Below are positions 31,300-40,758 of a stretch of 64,000 bases of DNA, in pieces; positions within the stretch are counted from its first letter, which is position 1, and every line of letters begins with the position of its first letter. The position numbers and the translations under genes were made by a program. Source of the DNA: Candidatus Latescibacterota bacterium (GTDB lineage Bacteria > Latescibacterota > UBA2968 > UBA8231); contig CBDAOB010000004.1 in NCBI GenBank assembly GCA_965197905.1, positions 1,120,001 through 1,184,000 on the forward strand, in the 5' to 3' direction. The notes below the pieces were generated by a model. That model saw nothing but the letters and a program-made list of their open reading frames with translations. It did no database searches and was not told where the DNA came from.

Positions 31300-31623
31300 A
31301 TGGATGACACGAGTCCGCAAAATGAAGTCGAAGCGCGTGTGGTGGAAGTGCTGAAGACGTGTTACGATCCAGAGATTCCGGTAAATATCTACGAGCTGGG
31401 TCTGATCTACGACATCGAGGTGGAGGAGGACAACAACGTTCATATAAACATGACGTTGACCTCACCCGCCTGCCCGGTCGCCGGCACGCTGCCTCCTGAG
31501 ATTCAAAACAAGGTCGCGGAAATGCCCGAGATCAGTGATGCGAAGGTCGACGTGGTTTGGGACCCGCCATGGACCGTAGATATGATGTCTGAGGCAGCCA
31601 AGCTCGAATTGGGGATATTGTAG
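31300..31623 (+). CDS. sufT: DUF59/SufT Fe-S assembly protein
   Basis: DPEIPVNIYELGLIY, MTLTSPACP, WDPPW; SD upstream of ATG 31300. Confidence 0.92.
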   Translation: MDDTSPQNEVEARVVEVLKTCYDPEIPVNIYELGLIYDIEVEEDNNVHINMTLTSPACPVAGTLPPEIQNKVAEMPEISDAKVDVVWDPPWTVDMMSEAAKLELGIL

Positions 31624-31625
31624 CC

Positions 31626-32099
31626 GTGAAACTCAGCTCGCTGGAAGAGTACGGTCTGCGCTGTTTACTTCAGCTTGCCCGTACGAACATGAACCAATCG
31701 CTCACCATCGAAGAGATAAGCCAGGCTGAAGGTATCACTCCGCCAAACGTCGCGAAGATCATGCGCATTATGAGGCGTGGCGGATTCGTGGAAAGCGTTC
31801 GCGGTCAAAACGGCGGGTACACTCTGGCGTTGACCGCTCAGGAGATCATCATAGGCGACGTGCTGGAGGTGTTGGGCGGGCGATTGTACGATCCAAATTT
31901 CTGTGAGCATTTCGTTGGCAGTGAAGATTCGTGCCTGCACGAATCGAGCCATTGTTCCATCAGGTCGCTGTGGAATCGTGTACAAACGGCAGTGGATGAT
32001 GTGCTGCGTCAGACGACACTGGCCGACCTGACGCACGGTCCGTCTCAAAAAGAAACAGTTTACTCACCCGGCATGATCGCTATCTCCGATGTTACTTGA
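31626..32099 (+). CDS. Rrf2-family transcriptional regulator with three Cys
   Basis: EYGLRCL, VESVRGQNGGY.L winged HTH, C-x9-C-x6-C, TLADL. Confidence 0.92.
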   Translation: MKLSSLEEYGLRCLLQLARTNMNQSLTIEEISQAEGITPPNVAKIMRIMRRGGFVESVRGQNGGYTLALTAQEIIIGDVLEVLGGRLYDPNFCEHFVGSEDSCLHESSHCSIRSLWNRVQTAVDDVLRQTTLADLTHGPSQKETVYSPGMIAISDVT

Positions 32100-32123
32100 G
32101 CATACCAAAATTTGAGCCACTGC

Positions 32124-32154
32124 GCCCTCGGCTTTCTAGCCGAGGGTTTTTTTT
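32124..32154 (+). terminator. Intrinsic terminator of the suf operon
   Basis: GCCCTCGGCT-TTCT-AGCCGAGGGT followed by a T-run. Confidence 0.85.
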
Positions 32155-32259
32155 GGTGGATGATGCCAGCGCAATTCACATTGGTCACACAAGGTCGGAA
32201 CGACACTCTTGCGCCAATAGATTGAAATTGAAATCACTATAGTTGCATAGCATTTCAGC

Positions 32260-32288
32260 TTGCCAGAAAAAATGAGTTTCGTTATTTT
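32260..32288 (+). promoter_or_regulatory. Putative promoter of the histone-like gene
   Basis: TTGCCA, 17-bp spacer, TATTTT, in an AT-rich intergenic region. Confidence 0.45.
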
Positions 32289-32366
32289 TGCAACTAAATG
32301 TAACGTATTGTTTTGCAGTTCGATGCAAAAGAATATGACCCACTAGCCAACCGAGGGAGGAGCTTA

Positions 32367-32630
32367 ATGGCTAAGGCGAAACGTAAGAAGGCAGCGCCGA
32401 AGAAGAAGAAAGCGGCTGCCAAGAAGAAGGCAGCTCCAAAGCGGAAGAAGGCGGCTGCCAAGAGGAAGAAAGCAGCGCCGAAGAGGAAGAAAGCAGCGGC
32501 AAAGAAGAAAAAAGCTGCTCCGAAGCGGAAGAAGGCGGCTGCCAAGAAGAAGAAGGCAGCGCCGAAGAGGAAGAAAGCAGCGGCAAAGAAGAAAAAAGCT
32601 GCTCCTAGGAGGAAAGCAAGAAGGAGATAA
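32367..32630 (+). CDS. Histone H1-like, Lys/Ala/Arg/Pro-only nucleoid protein (87 aa)
   Basis: Strong SD (GGAGGAG) before ATG 32367; alternating K[KR]KKAAP/K[KR]KKAAA heptads with varied synonymous codons; own downstream terminator. Confidence 0.85.
   Translation: MAKAKRKKAAPKKKKAAAKKKAAPKRKKAAAKRKKAAPKRKKAAAKKKKAAPKRKKAAAKKKKAAPKRKKAAAKKKKAAPRRKARRR
32441..32608 (+). repeat. Two near-identical 84-bp tandem units within the histone-like gene
   Basis: GCGGAAGAAGGCGGCTGCCAAG...AAAAAAGCTGCTCC begins at 32441 and again at 32525. Confidence 0.85.
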
Positions 32631-32637
32631 ACCCTTT

Positions 32638-34584
32638 TCAGATTTTCGAAGCGGCGTCGGTCCCTGGATCGACGCCGCTTTTTTTTGTCAGGTCTCGAAG
32701 AGCCTTTTCCCTCAGCGCTAGGTATTTGGCAGGGGAGTACTCGGGAAGCTGAGATTCCCGAAGATCGAACCCGAACGCGCGTTTGCTCAGCACGATAATC
32801 GGGGGAGCCTGCACGCGTTTGAAATAGCTTACCCGCAGCAACCGCTCAACCTGCTCCAGGTCTTCGATCCAACTCCGGACCGTCGGAAAATAGCTTCGGA
32901 AAGCAGCTGGATCGTTCCAGCCTATGTTCTCAAGCAAACGACCGTCCACGAACCAAGTAAGAAAGTCCATGGGGTGTTTCCGATATTCGATCATTTGACG
33001 GAGAACCGCATCGTGATAACCGTATTTGATAGGGTCTCCTAGACCTTGGGTCACATCCTGCTGTTCGGAAAGCTCGGCGCTGGGAACCGTGGTGCCGTCT
33101 AGAAGATTTTGGGGAATGAGATCGGACTTGAATACCTCCCTGTTTAGGAATCGAGCCAGCTCGAGCACCTGCACCTTGTACAGGTCAGCTATCGGGGCAA
33201 TGGCCCCGTTGACATCGCCGTACAGGGTGGCATACCCGAGCGCGGTTTCGGTCTTGTTGCCGTTGTTGGTATAGACCAATCCGAACTTGGCTGCAAGACC
33301 GGAAAGAATGTCTGCCCCTCGAATTCGGGCTTGAACATTCTCATCAACCAGCCGAGTATATTCTCCGGCTTCGCCACGAAATTGTGCTTCCAGAATCGCC
33401 TCGGACAGGTGGTCGTAGAGCTTCTGTATCGAAAACTCGAGCATCTCAACGCCGAGGTCAGAGCAGAGCTGGCGGGCGTTATTCCGGGTAATGGATGAGT
33501 TGAAACGGCTGGGCATGTTTACCGCCAGTACACGTTCCTTCCCGAACGCCCCGACCAGCAAGGCGGCAACGGTACTCGAATCCACTCCGCCGCTCACCCC
33601 CACCAGGTATTTTCCGTCGTTGCCGCGAAGTTGATCCAGATGGCGCAGCCCTGTGAGTATGCCATCGTAAATCGCCTCTATCTCGCTCTGGGCGGGTGGC
33701 GCCGCCGCGTTGCGGGAGACCCATACCATCTCCTCCCGCCATGGCCGGGCTCGGCATGCGACACTGCCGTCGCCCGAATACACGGTCGTATCACCGTCGA
33801 ATACGATCACGTTCTTACCGTTGTTCTGTGCGCCCACCTGATTTACGTAAAATAATGGAATGGGTGATCGTTTGAGCATCTCGGAGACGACCCGATTCCG
33901 CTTGTCATTCTTTTTCCACGTCCAGGGAGATGCCGAGAGATTGAACAGGGCGTCGGCTCCCCTTGCATGGTACATCTTGAGAGTATCGAGCATTTGGCAG
34001 TCGGCACGGTAATCCTGGCACCAGATATCCTCGCATAGCTGGACCCCGAACGAAAAAGTCTCCCCGTTTTTCCGTACGATCTCGAACGGCACCATCCATT
34101 CGTCGAGCGAACAACCCCGTTCGGCCGACAATTTCCGCAGAGAGTAGAAATGCCGGTCATCGTCGAAGAACCGATAGTTGGGATGCAGGGTCTTGGGTTG
34201 TACACCGGGCGCGAACTCCTTCGGACCTCTCCCAAGAAATTTCATGTTGCTGCAGACCCATACAGCGTTGTATTTCCGGATACGTCCGTCTTCACCGATC
34301 TGAGCTGCGTCCGTGACGACATTGCCGAACAGCACCGTTACCCCTTCACTGGCGCTGCGAACTTCGTCGCTGTACGCGACAAAGTCTTCGACAACGGCAT
34401 CCACCTCCCACAGATCACCGAGAATGTAACCCGAGATGCACAGTTCCGAGAACACGATGATCTCGGCCCCCCCATCGCGAGCCCGCTCAATGTAGCTCCG
34501 CATCTTGGCGACGTTGAGGTCCGGTCGTGCGGGCAGAACTTCCATCTGCACCAGGACGATCTCCGGTAGATCCTCGATTATCAC
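32638..34584 (-). CDS. nadE: Glutamine-dependent NAD+ synthetase
   Basis: Nitrilase domain (FSELC, KTLHPNY.FFDD.RHF, CEDIW) fused to a synthetase domain (GVSGGVDS, ENVQARIRG, NKTE...GYATLYGD, PSAEL, FKR.QAPP). GTG 34584 is the likely start. Confidence 0.95.
   Translation of the reverse strand: MIIEDLPEIVLVQMEVLPARPDLNVAKMRSYIERARDGGAEIIVFSELCISGYILGDLWEVDAVVEDFVAYSDEVRSASEGVTVLFGNVVTDAAQIGEDGRIRKYNAVWVCSNMKFLGRGPKEFAPGVQPKTLHPNYRFFDDDRHFYSLRKLSAERGCSLDEWMVPFEIVRKNGETFSFGVQLCEDIWCQDYRADCQMLDTLKMYHARGADALFNLSASPWTWKKNDKRNRVVSEMLKRSPIPLFYVNQVGAQNNGKNVIVFDGDTTVYSGDGSVACRARPWREEMVWVSRNAAAPPAQSEIEAIYDGILTGLRHLDQLRGNDGKYLVGVSGGVDSSTVAALLVGAFGKERVLAVNMPSRFNSSITRNNARQLCSDLGVEMLEFSIQKLYDHLSEAILEAQFRGEAGEYTRLVDENVQARIRGADILSGLAAKFGLVYTNNGNKTETALGYATLYGDVNGAIAPIADLYKVQVLELARFLNREVFKSDLIPQNLLDGTTVPSAELSEQQDVTQGLGDPIKYGYHDAVLRQMIEYRKHPMDFLTWFVDGRLLENIGWNDPAAFRSYFPTVRSWIEDLEQVERLLRVSYFKRVQAPPIIVLSKRAFGFDLRESQLPEYSPAKYLALREKALRDLTKKSGVDPGTDAASKI
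32649..32686 (+). terminator. Intrinsic terminator for the histone-like gene, inside the antisense 3' end of nadE
   Basis: AAGCGGCGTCGGTCC-CT-GGATCGACGCCGCTT followed by TTTTTT. Confidence 0.8.
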
Positions 34585-34786
34585 GATCGGCTCTTCTCTC
34601 GGCGTACGTTCGGCAAGGAAACAACACATTCATCTGTTTGGTTCCACAGATTGCGCTAAAATATAGGCAAATAGGATCAAGGTGCGGCGCCCGCCCGGTG
34701 GAGCCGGGCGCGGAGTGGTGTTATGTTAAAAGCTCGAATCCGGACAAAAATTCGCCTCACAACCCTTAATCATTCGAGGAAGACTC

Positions 34787-35377
34787 ATGAAACGGCACTT
34801 CGTTTTGCTGTGTTTCGCAGGACTCTTGATTCATCCAGATTGGGTGACAGCCGAGCTGAAGTTGGGTTACATAGACTCGGAATTGCTGAAGAAGAACCTG
34901 CCCGAATTCAAACAGGCCCAGCGCCAAATGGACGGTCTGCGAGAGCAGTACGAGCGCGAAATGGGCGATCGTCAGAGTAGGCTCATTAAGATGCAGGAAG
35001 ACTTCCGCAAGCAAGAGCTACTCATGAGCGAAGCCAGGAAAACAGAATTGCAGGCGGAGTTCGAACAGCAGATGATGCAGTTGGAGGAATTCAGGGTTAC
35101 AAAGTTTGGACCCGAGGGGGAGCTGGTTCAAAAGAACTTCGAGCTCTCGGCACCCATATTTGAATGGGTCAACGAAATCCTTCAGGAGGTTGGAAGAGAG
35201 GGCACCTACGATTTCATCTTCGATGTTGGCCGGAACAGTGGGATCGTCTATGCCGCGGAGGGTAAATACGACCTGACGGATATCGTATTGGAACGTCTCG
35301 AGGTCGCGCGGGAGAAAAAGCGGGAGGCAGGTGAAAAACAGGGCGAGACGGAGGACGAACCGGAAACACAGGAGTAG
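34787..35377 (+). CDS. skp: OmpH/Skp periplasmic chaperone
   Basis: Signal peptide, LKLGYIDS, coiled coil, YDFIFD...YDLTDIVL. Confidence 0.9.
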   Translation: MKRHFVLLCFAGLLIHPDWVTAELKLGYIDSELLKKNLPEFKQAQRQMDGLREQYEREMGDRQSRLIKMQEDFRKQELLMSEARKTELQAEFEQQMMQLEEFRVTKFGPEGELVQKNFELSAPIFEWVNEILQEVGREGTYDFIFDVGRNSGIVYAAEGKYDLTDIVLERLEVAREKKREAGEKQGETEDEPETQE

Positions 35378-35387
35378 GAGCTGCGTA

Positions 35388-36153
35388 TCAGAGAACCTTT
35401 GCTATCTCTTCCAACAACCTCTTCTCGAAATCGGCAGTTTTGCTCACGAAACTTGAAACCGCAAGAGCCCTGAGCTGAACAACCGTGTCGGATTTGATCT
35501 CACCGGAGAGCACCACAATCGGGGTATCCAACTGCAGGTTGCGGCGCAGCAGGCGAATGGCCCTGTTCCCCTCTAAAGTCTGGTAGATTCAGATCCATCA
35601 GGATAAGATCGAACCGGTTGGATTTCAACACGTCGATGGCCGCCTTGATCAGGCCGGCCACTTCCACCCGGTAACCTTCCTTTTCTAGAAGATTCTTTAC
35701 CATTGCCTGAATCATCTGGGAATCGTCGACGACCAGAACGGAGGTTTTTTTCAGGGGTTCCGGCGCAGCTTGGGACGGATCCTGCTCTCCGCCGAGAGCT
35801 ATTTCGATCGTCATCTGGAGCTCCCGTTGCTTAAAGGGTTTCAGCACGTAGCCGCTGGGTCGCGTCAACTTGGCGCGCTGGAAGTTGTAGTCGTCTGTGT
35901 GGCTGGTTACGTAGATAATCGGTACATCTGATCTCTGCCGAATCTGTTCCGCGGCCTCGACACCGTCGAGGCTGCCCGAGAGGTGGATGTCCATCAGCAC
36001 CAGATCGGGGTTTAGCTCGAGCACTTTTTCGACCGCTTCTTCACCCGTGGTAGCGACGCTTGCAGTAGCATGCCCCATCTCCTCAACGGTCAGATGCAAC
36101 AGGCTCGACACATCTGGCTCATCATCGACAATTAGGATTTGTTTCTGCGCCAT
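35388..36153 (-). pseudogene. Tandem receiver-domain response regulator with an apparent 1-nt frameshift at ~35562
   Basis: REC1 is intact (ILIVDDE, DLVLMDI, KPF). REC2 runs to DLNLPDFRGEQ and continues in another frame as AIRLLRRNLQLDTPIVVLSGEIK...SSFVSK...EIAKVL* (stop 35388). Confidence 0.8.
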
Positions 36154-36221
36154 ATATGAACCTCTGAATACTGCTTGCTCGATTCAAATAAATATATCGA
36201 ATTGGCTGTAACCCTCAAGGA

Positions 36222-39200
36222 TTAGTCGCCCTTCAGCGCAGATATAAGGGGGGATCGAAGCCCGGTCAGCGTCGCCGCAAAAACGGCAATGGTCCCGGTC
36301 GCGAAAACCGCCGCCAAAGTGGCCCAAATGGACCCCCACGGGACCTGCGCCGCCCGATATGCTGCATGCGGCGCCACCGCGATCGCGGCCGCGACGAGGC
36401 CACAGGCGATACCAGCCGCCAGCAGAAATGTGCATTCGCTAAAGAGCACAACGGTCAAACTGCGCCCGTTGTATCCGCACGCCCGCAACACCGCCAGCTC
36501 CGCCCTTCTTTCGACAATGTTGCGCCACAACACGACTCCCAGGCCGATCGTTCCAAGCAGTAGACCGAGGCCGCCCAGCAGCTGAAAGGTTCCCAGGTAG
36601 GTATTCTCCACCTCGCGGTATCGGGCCAGTCGATCGCCCGTGGCGGTGATGTCGAGTCCGTACTCGGACAGTGTATTCTCCAGAATCGCCGAGATCTGCC
36701 GGTCACGTTTCCCGGCAGTGTGCAGCAGAAAGTAGCTGTGACCATGGAAACCGGGGAAGTTACGCGTGAACTGCTCGTCCGAGATCAATAGTTCGCTCTG
36801 AAATAGCGAACCTTTCATAAGGCCGATGATGCGCAGCGTGATCCGCTCACCAGAGCGATTCTTCACCTCAATCTCATCCCCGAGACCTAGGTGCAGAATC
36901 CACTGAGCCGAATTGTAATCGGCGAAGGCTGGAATGACGTCGGAGATCTCCTCGTCCAGGAGCACCCACGGGTTTCCCCCTGTGAATCCGGGCGGAAGCG
37001 CCTGAAACGAGAACCCCCCGCGCTGCACAAGGCGGTTCGGAACCCCCAGAATGCGAGGTCGTTGGGGTCGGTAGAGGTTGAGGCAGCTGATATCTTCGCC
37101 GGGCAAACTTCGCAACGACAAGACGGTGGTCCCTTCGAGATGTTCTTCGTCAGCCGGGTTGAAGCCGAGCTCGTAACGCCCCAGCGCCGAATCCAGGTCT
37201 CGCAACAGCGGCACATCCGATTCGGCTACGAGAGTGAATCCGCCGGCTCCACCGTCGACTCTTTGCAACTCATTTAAGGATGGATGAGTGACTCGATTGG
37301 CCCCTACGGCTACCAGAATGAAACTGGCCGCACTGACCAGGGCGATGCAAAGCAGGGCACGACCCGGTCGACTGCGGTTGTTGCGCAAGCCCATTTGGAT
37401 CAACGAAACCCATCCTCGGTTGACTAATGCTCCCGAGCCAACTCCACGTTGCCACCACGCGCTCAACCCGGCCAAAGCCGCCACGAGGACGAGCAGGCCG
37501 GTCGCATAAAACATGCCGGCGCTCTTCGCCCCGTCCATGGCGGTCCCCAGGACCGCGGTTGCAAATCCGGTCCCAAGAGTCATCATTGACAGAAGAAGGG
37601 CTTTCTTTGGGGTTCTCGATCTTGAGGCCGTGGTTGTGATCCCGCGCAACAGGGATGTTACGGGCATGGTCTCCAGGCGCTTCACTGCCACCACCACGGT
37701 CAATACCGCCAGCAAAACGGAGATCGCGAGCCCGCTCGCCATGGTCGATGGCACCAGATGGACCGTGAGATACGTCGTGCCTACAGCAGCGACCCACCAG
37801 GTCCGAAGACCCTCGAGCATCAACCAGGCATACGCGACGGCCATCCCCAGCCCGACGAGACCCCCTGCCAGCGCCAAGTACCCCCCCTCCAGAGCGAAAC
37901 GGCGACTCACAGCACTGCTCGAAAAACCGACCGACCTAAGGTATCCCACCTCGGGAGCTCTTTTTTCTAAGCCCAACCCAAACAACAGCACTGCCAGCAG
38001 CATCGCCGACACGATCAAGAAGATGCTGAACCCGATGAAGAGACCGCTGAAATCGGTCGCGCCGGATGCCGCCTCGAGTCCCTGCTCTCTCAATGGCTGG
38101 AAAACCAGGCCAGCTTCCCCTCCATCGAGCCGGGACAGCAGCGCCTTTTCGAAGCGTTGGAGCGTAACTTCCCGCGCTGCTTCGTCCATCGGTCCGACCC
38201 AGATCGAGGTGAGGTCACCGAATCGACTGCGCCAGAGATTCTGCCCGGTTGCGCTGGCGACAAACGCTTTGGGCGTAGCTTGGAAGGCATCCCAGTATTC
38301 TTCGTCGACTGGACGAATCGATGTAAGGTCCATGGGGAACGGCGCCTCCCACGAAGCCATATTGTCATGTTCGCTCAGTCCCGGAAATGGGGGTGTCAGA
38401 AACCTGCGAGCGGCGAGCTCCCGGTGCGCAACAATCCCGCCAAGGGTGAACTCTTTAGTGACGGTAATCAGCTGGTCCCCTGGACCGGGAATGAAGTAGC
38501 TCACCGAAATCGGCTCCCCCGGCTCGACGCCAAGATCGTTCGCCGCCCACGAATTCAACAGAATCTCGTCTGCGGCCAGGCCGGATACAGTGGAGCCGTC
38601 CTCCAGATACAGGGATTGGAAACCGGACTCCGGCACGGGTGGGTCCACGGCCGTAATCGTGGAGTACGGAACGACACGGCCTTGCCCCTCTATGGTTACT
38701 GCGAGATAGGTCAATATTGGCAGTGCGGGAACGCCGATTTCGGCGGCCGCCTCGCGCGCTGCCGCCGCCAGCTTGGCCGGAATCATAAATTGCCGACTCT
38801 CCACCACAAAAAAACCTTCCTTGGGCGACAGCCCCAAGCCGAGATCCTGCAACAGCAAAACCTCATCCAACCCCTTCTGCAGAACAGTGATGGAATCCGC
38901 GACTTCACCCTCAGGGGCCGATGCCAAAAGCGCGTTGACCTCCGCCATACGATCAACCGTTTTCTGCAGATCACCGAGACGCACGAAAGCGTTGTAAGGT
39001 TGGGACTGCTGGGCGAACAAACTGAAGCGACCGATATCTCGATCGGGCACAACCCCGACCAGGACGACACGCAACAGCCGGGTGTGCGCTGCGCGCGAAC
39101 CAAACACGAACTCCGGCGCCACATCGAAGTTCCCTCCCACCGCCAGCAGGATGACATCCCCTAGATCCACGCGTAGTTGCTGCTGAAGAGCGGCATTGAT

Positions 39201-39617
39201 CACAAGGGGCGGAAACGGATTTTGGGACAGGATGCCGTTCGAGTCGTCGAATAGCTTGAGCAGCCCATGACCGCTGCCGGGAAAGAGCCTGGCGAAGTTC
39301 GAGTCGACGCCGCACATCTGAATCTTCGTAGCTCGCAGTCCCGTCTCGGGCACAGAGGCGCTGCCGCGCAGCAGAATGGCGGAAACGACGCGAAAATTCG
39401 TTCGGTTCGTAAGATCGGCGGCGATGGTGGTACGGAAGAAACGATCGGCGACGATGCCATGATCGATGGAGCCCAGTCGCTCGAGTGCAAGATCTCGCAA
39501 ACTGCCGCGGACCGAGTCCCCGACGATCAGCGCCCCGGTCAATACGGCAGTAGTGATTGCAAATCCCAGCACCACGGCCATATGAAGAGGCCAGAAATAC
39601 CTCAGGCTTCGGAGCAA
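36222..39617 (-). CDS. Large duplicated FtsX/MacB-type ABC transporter permease
   Basis: Two TM-periplasmic-3TM halves; EKRAPEVGYLRSVGF and ERRAELAVLRACGY FtsX motifs; adjacent to a LolD-like ATPase. Confidence 0.88.
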   Translation of the reverse strand: MLRSLRYFWPLHMAVVLGFAITTAVLTGALIVGDSVRGSLRDLALERLGSIDHGIVADRFFRTTIAADLTNRTNFRVVSAILLRGSASVPETGLRATKIQMCGVDSNFARLFPGSGHGLLKLFDDSNGILSQNPFPPLVINAALQQQLRVDLGDVILLAVGGNFDVAPEFVFGSRAAHTRLLRVVLVGVVPDRDIGRFSLFAQQSQPYNAFVRLGDLQKTVDRMAEVNALLASAPEGEVADSITVLQKGLDEVLLLQDLGLGLSPKEGFFVVESRQFMIPAKLAAAAREAAAEIGVPALPILTYLAVTIEGQGRVVPYSTITAVDPPVPESGFQSLYLEDGSTVSGLAADEILLNSWAANDLGVEPGEPISVSYFIPGPGDQLITVTKEFTLGGIVAHRELAARRFLTPPFPGLSEHDNMASWEAPFPMDLTSIRPVDEEYWDAFQATPKAFVASATGQNLWRSRFGDLTSIWVGPMDEAAREVTLQRFEKALLSRLDGGEAGLVFQPLREQGLEAASGATDFSGLFIGFSIFLIVSAMLLAVLLFGLGLEKRAPEVGYLRSVGFSSSAVSRRFALEGGYLALAGGLVGLGMAVAYAWLMLEGLRTWWVAAVGTTYLTVHLVPSTMASGLAISVLLAVLTVVVAVKRLETMPVTSLLRGITTTASRSRTPKKALLLSMMTLGTGFATAVLGTAMDGAKSAGMFYATGLLVLVAALAGLSAWWQRGVGSGALVNRGWVSLIQMGLRNNRSRPGRALLCIALVSAASFILVAVGANRVTHPSLNELQRVDGGAGGFTLVAESDVPLLRDLDSALGRYELGFNPADEEHLEGTTVLSLRSLPGEDISCLNLYRPQRPRILGVPNRLVQRGGFSFQALPPGFTGGNPWVLLDEEISDVIPAFADYNSAQWILHLGLGDEIEVKNRSGERITLRIIGLMKGSLFQSELLISDEQFTRNFPGFHGHSYFLLHTAGKRDRQISAILENTLSEYGLDITATGDRLARYREVENTYLGTFQLLGGLGLLLGTIGLGVVLWRNIVERRAELAVLRACGYNGRSLTVVLFSECTFLLAAGIACGLVAAAIAVAPHAAYRAAQVPWGSIWATLAAVFATGTIAVFAATLTGLRSPLISALKGD

Positions 39618-40276
39618 ACCCCACTCACCAGATCAGCGCGACGCTCGCAGCGAACGGCCAGCTCGGCACTGTGGGTAACAATGATAAGAATCGAAGGTCG
39701 GTCGGAGTGAAGCTCGAAAAGGAGCGCGATGACGGCCGCAGCAGCTTCGCGATCCAGATTACCTGTGGGTTCGTCGCACAGCAGAACCGACGGCTCGTTG
39801 ATCAACGCGCGGGCGACCGCGGCGCGCTGGCATTCACCCCCGGACATCTCGCCGGGTCGATGATCGAGGCGGTGGCCCAACTCGACGCGATCCAACAGAG
39901 ACTTTGCCCGTTTCAGAGCGTCCCTGCCACTACTGCGGTACGGCCAGGTGGGGACGAGCACGTTCTCGAGAAGCGAGTACTGAGGCAGCAGGTGATGGGC
40001 CTGGAAAACGAAACCGATGTGTTGGTTTCGGAAACGGGCTAAGTCCACCTCGCTGAGATTGCCCGGGGCGGTGCCATCGATGGTCACCGTACCGGAGGAA
40101 GGAGCGTCCAACGTTCCCAACAAGTGAAGGAGAGTGCTTTTGCCGGATCCAGATGGTCCGCTGATGGCCAACGATTCGCCCTGGCGCACGGATAGGTTTA
40201 CACCACGGAGTACCTCTACGTCGCCGAAGCGTTTGCAAAGATCTCGAGCCTCCACTATTCCCGTTTTTTCAGTCAC
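39602..40276 (-). CDS. LolD/MacB-type ABC ATP-binding protein
   Basis: GPSGSGKSTLL, GFVFQAHHLLP, MSGGECQR, LCDEPTGNLD, VTH. GTG 40276 overlaps the upstream stop. Confidence 0.95.
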   Translation of the reverse strand: MTEKTGIVEARDLCKRFGDVEVLRGVNLSVRQGESLAISGPSGSGKSTLLHLLGTLDAPSSGTVTIDGTAPGNLSEVDLARFRNQHIGFVFQAHHLLPQYSLLENVLVPTWPYRSSGRDALKRAKSLLDRVELGHRLDHRPGEMSGGECQRAAVARALINEPSVLLCDEPTGNLDREAAAAVIALLFELHSDRPSILIIVTHSAELAVRCERRADLVSGVCSEA

Positions 40277-40691
40277 CAGTCGCCACCTCAATCTTGTCGG
40301 CGATGAATTTGGGTATCGCGACGGACTCCAGGCTGCTGTCTGCATGGCATATGCAGCACGCCACCACGATGTGCCCCCGAGCGATGTGGGTTGCATCACA
40401 GGTGATGTTGAAAGCGTAAGCTATAGACTTTTCGCTGCGTCGCTCAACGGTCAGCTCAATCTCCAGCTCATCCTCGAAACGAGCGGGGTTGAGATATTCG
40501 CAGTCGGCGGTCAAGCGGGGGAAACCGAGCTGCTTGCCCTCCCATTCCAAGGCAACGCTCAGCCCGAGAGATCGGAGAAAATCGTGTTCAGTGGCCTCCA
40601 TGAATGCAAAAAATCGCGAGAAGTGCACGATGCCTGCCATGTCGGTGTCCGCAAACTCGACCGTTCTTCTAGTTCTGTGCTGTGATGCCAT
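40269..40691 (-). CDS. Hot-dog acyl-CoA thioesterase (4HBT/YbgC family)
   Basis: VEFADTDMAGIVHFSRFF.FME, CEYLNPARFEDEL. Confidence 0.9.
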   Translation of the reverse strand: MASQHRTRRTVEFADTDMAGIVHFSRFFAFMEATEHDFLRSLGLSVALEWEGKQLGFPRLTADCEYLNPARFEDELEIELTVERRSEKSIAYAFNITCDATHIARGHIVVACCICHADSSLESVAIPKFIADKIEVATGD

Positions 40692-40758
40692 GATATCTAC
40701 TCGCGGACCGAGCCGACAATGAGCTTGCCCGATGAAGCTGCCGAGGCGGTCGGATGCA

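Noticed and set aside
32294..32586. Minus-strand Phe/Ala-rich and Ser-rich repeat ORFs
   Set aside because: These are antisense shadows of the Lys/Ala repeat gene, which has the SD and terminator.
32367..32630. Periodic repeats as a CRISPR array
   Set aside because: The repeats are in-frame coding heptads with no unique spacers, and there are no cas genes.
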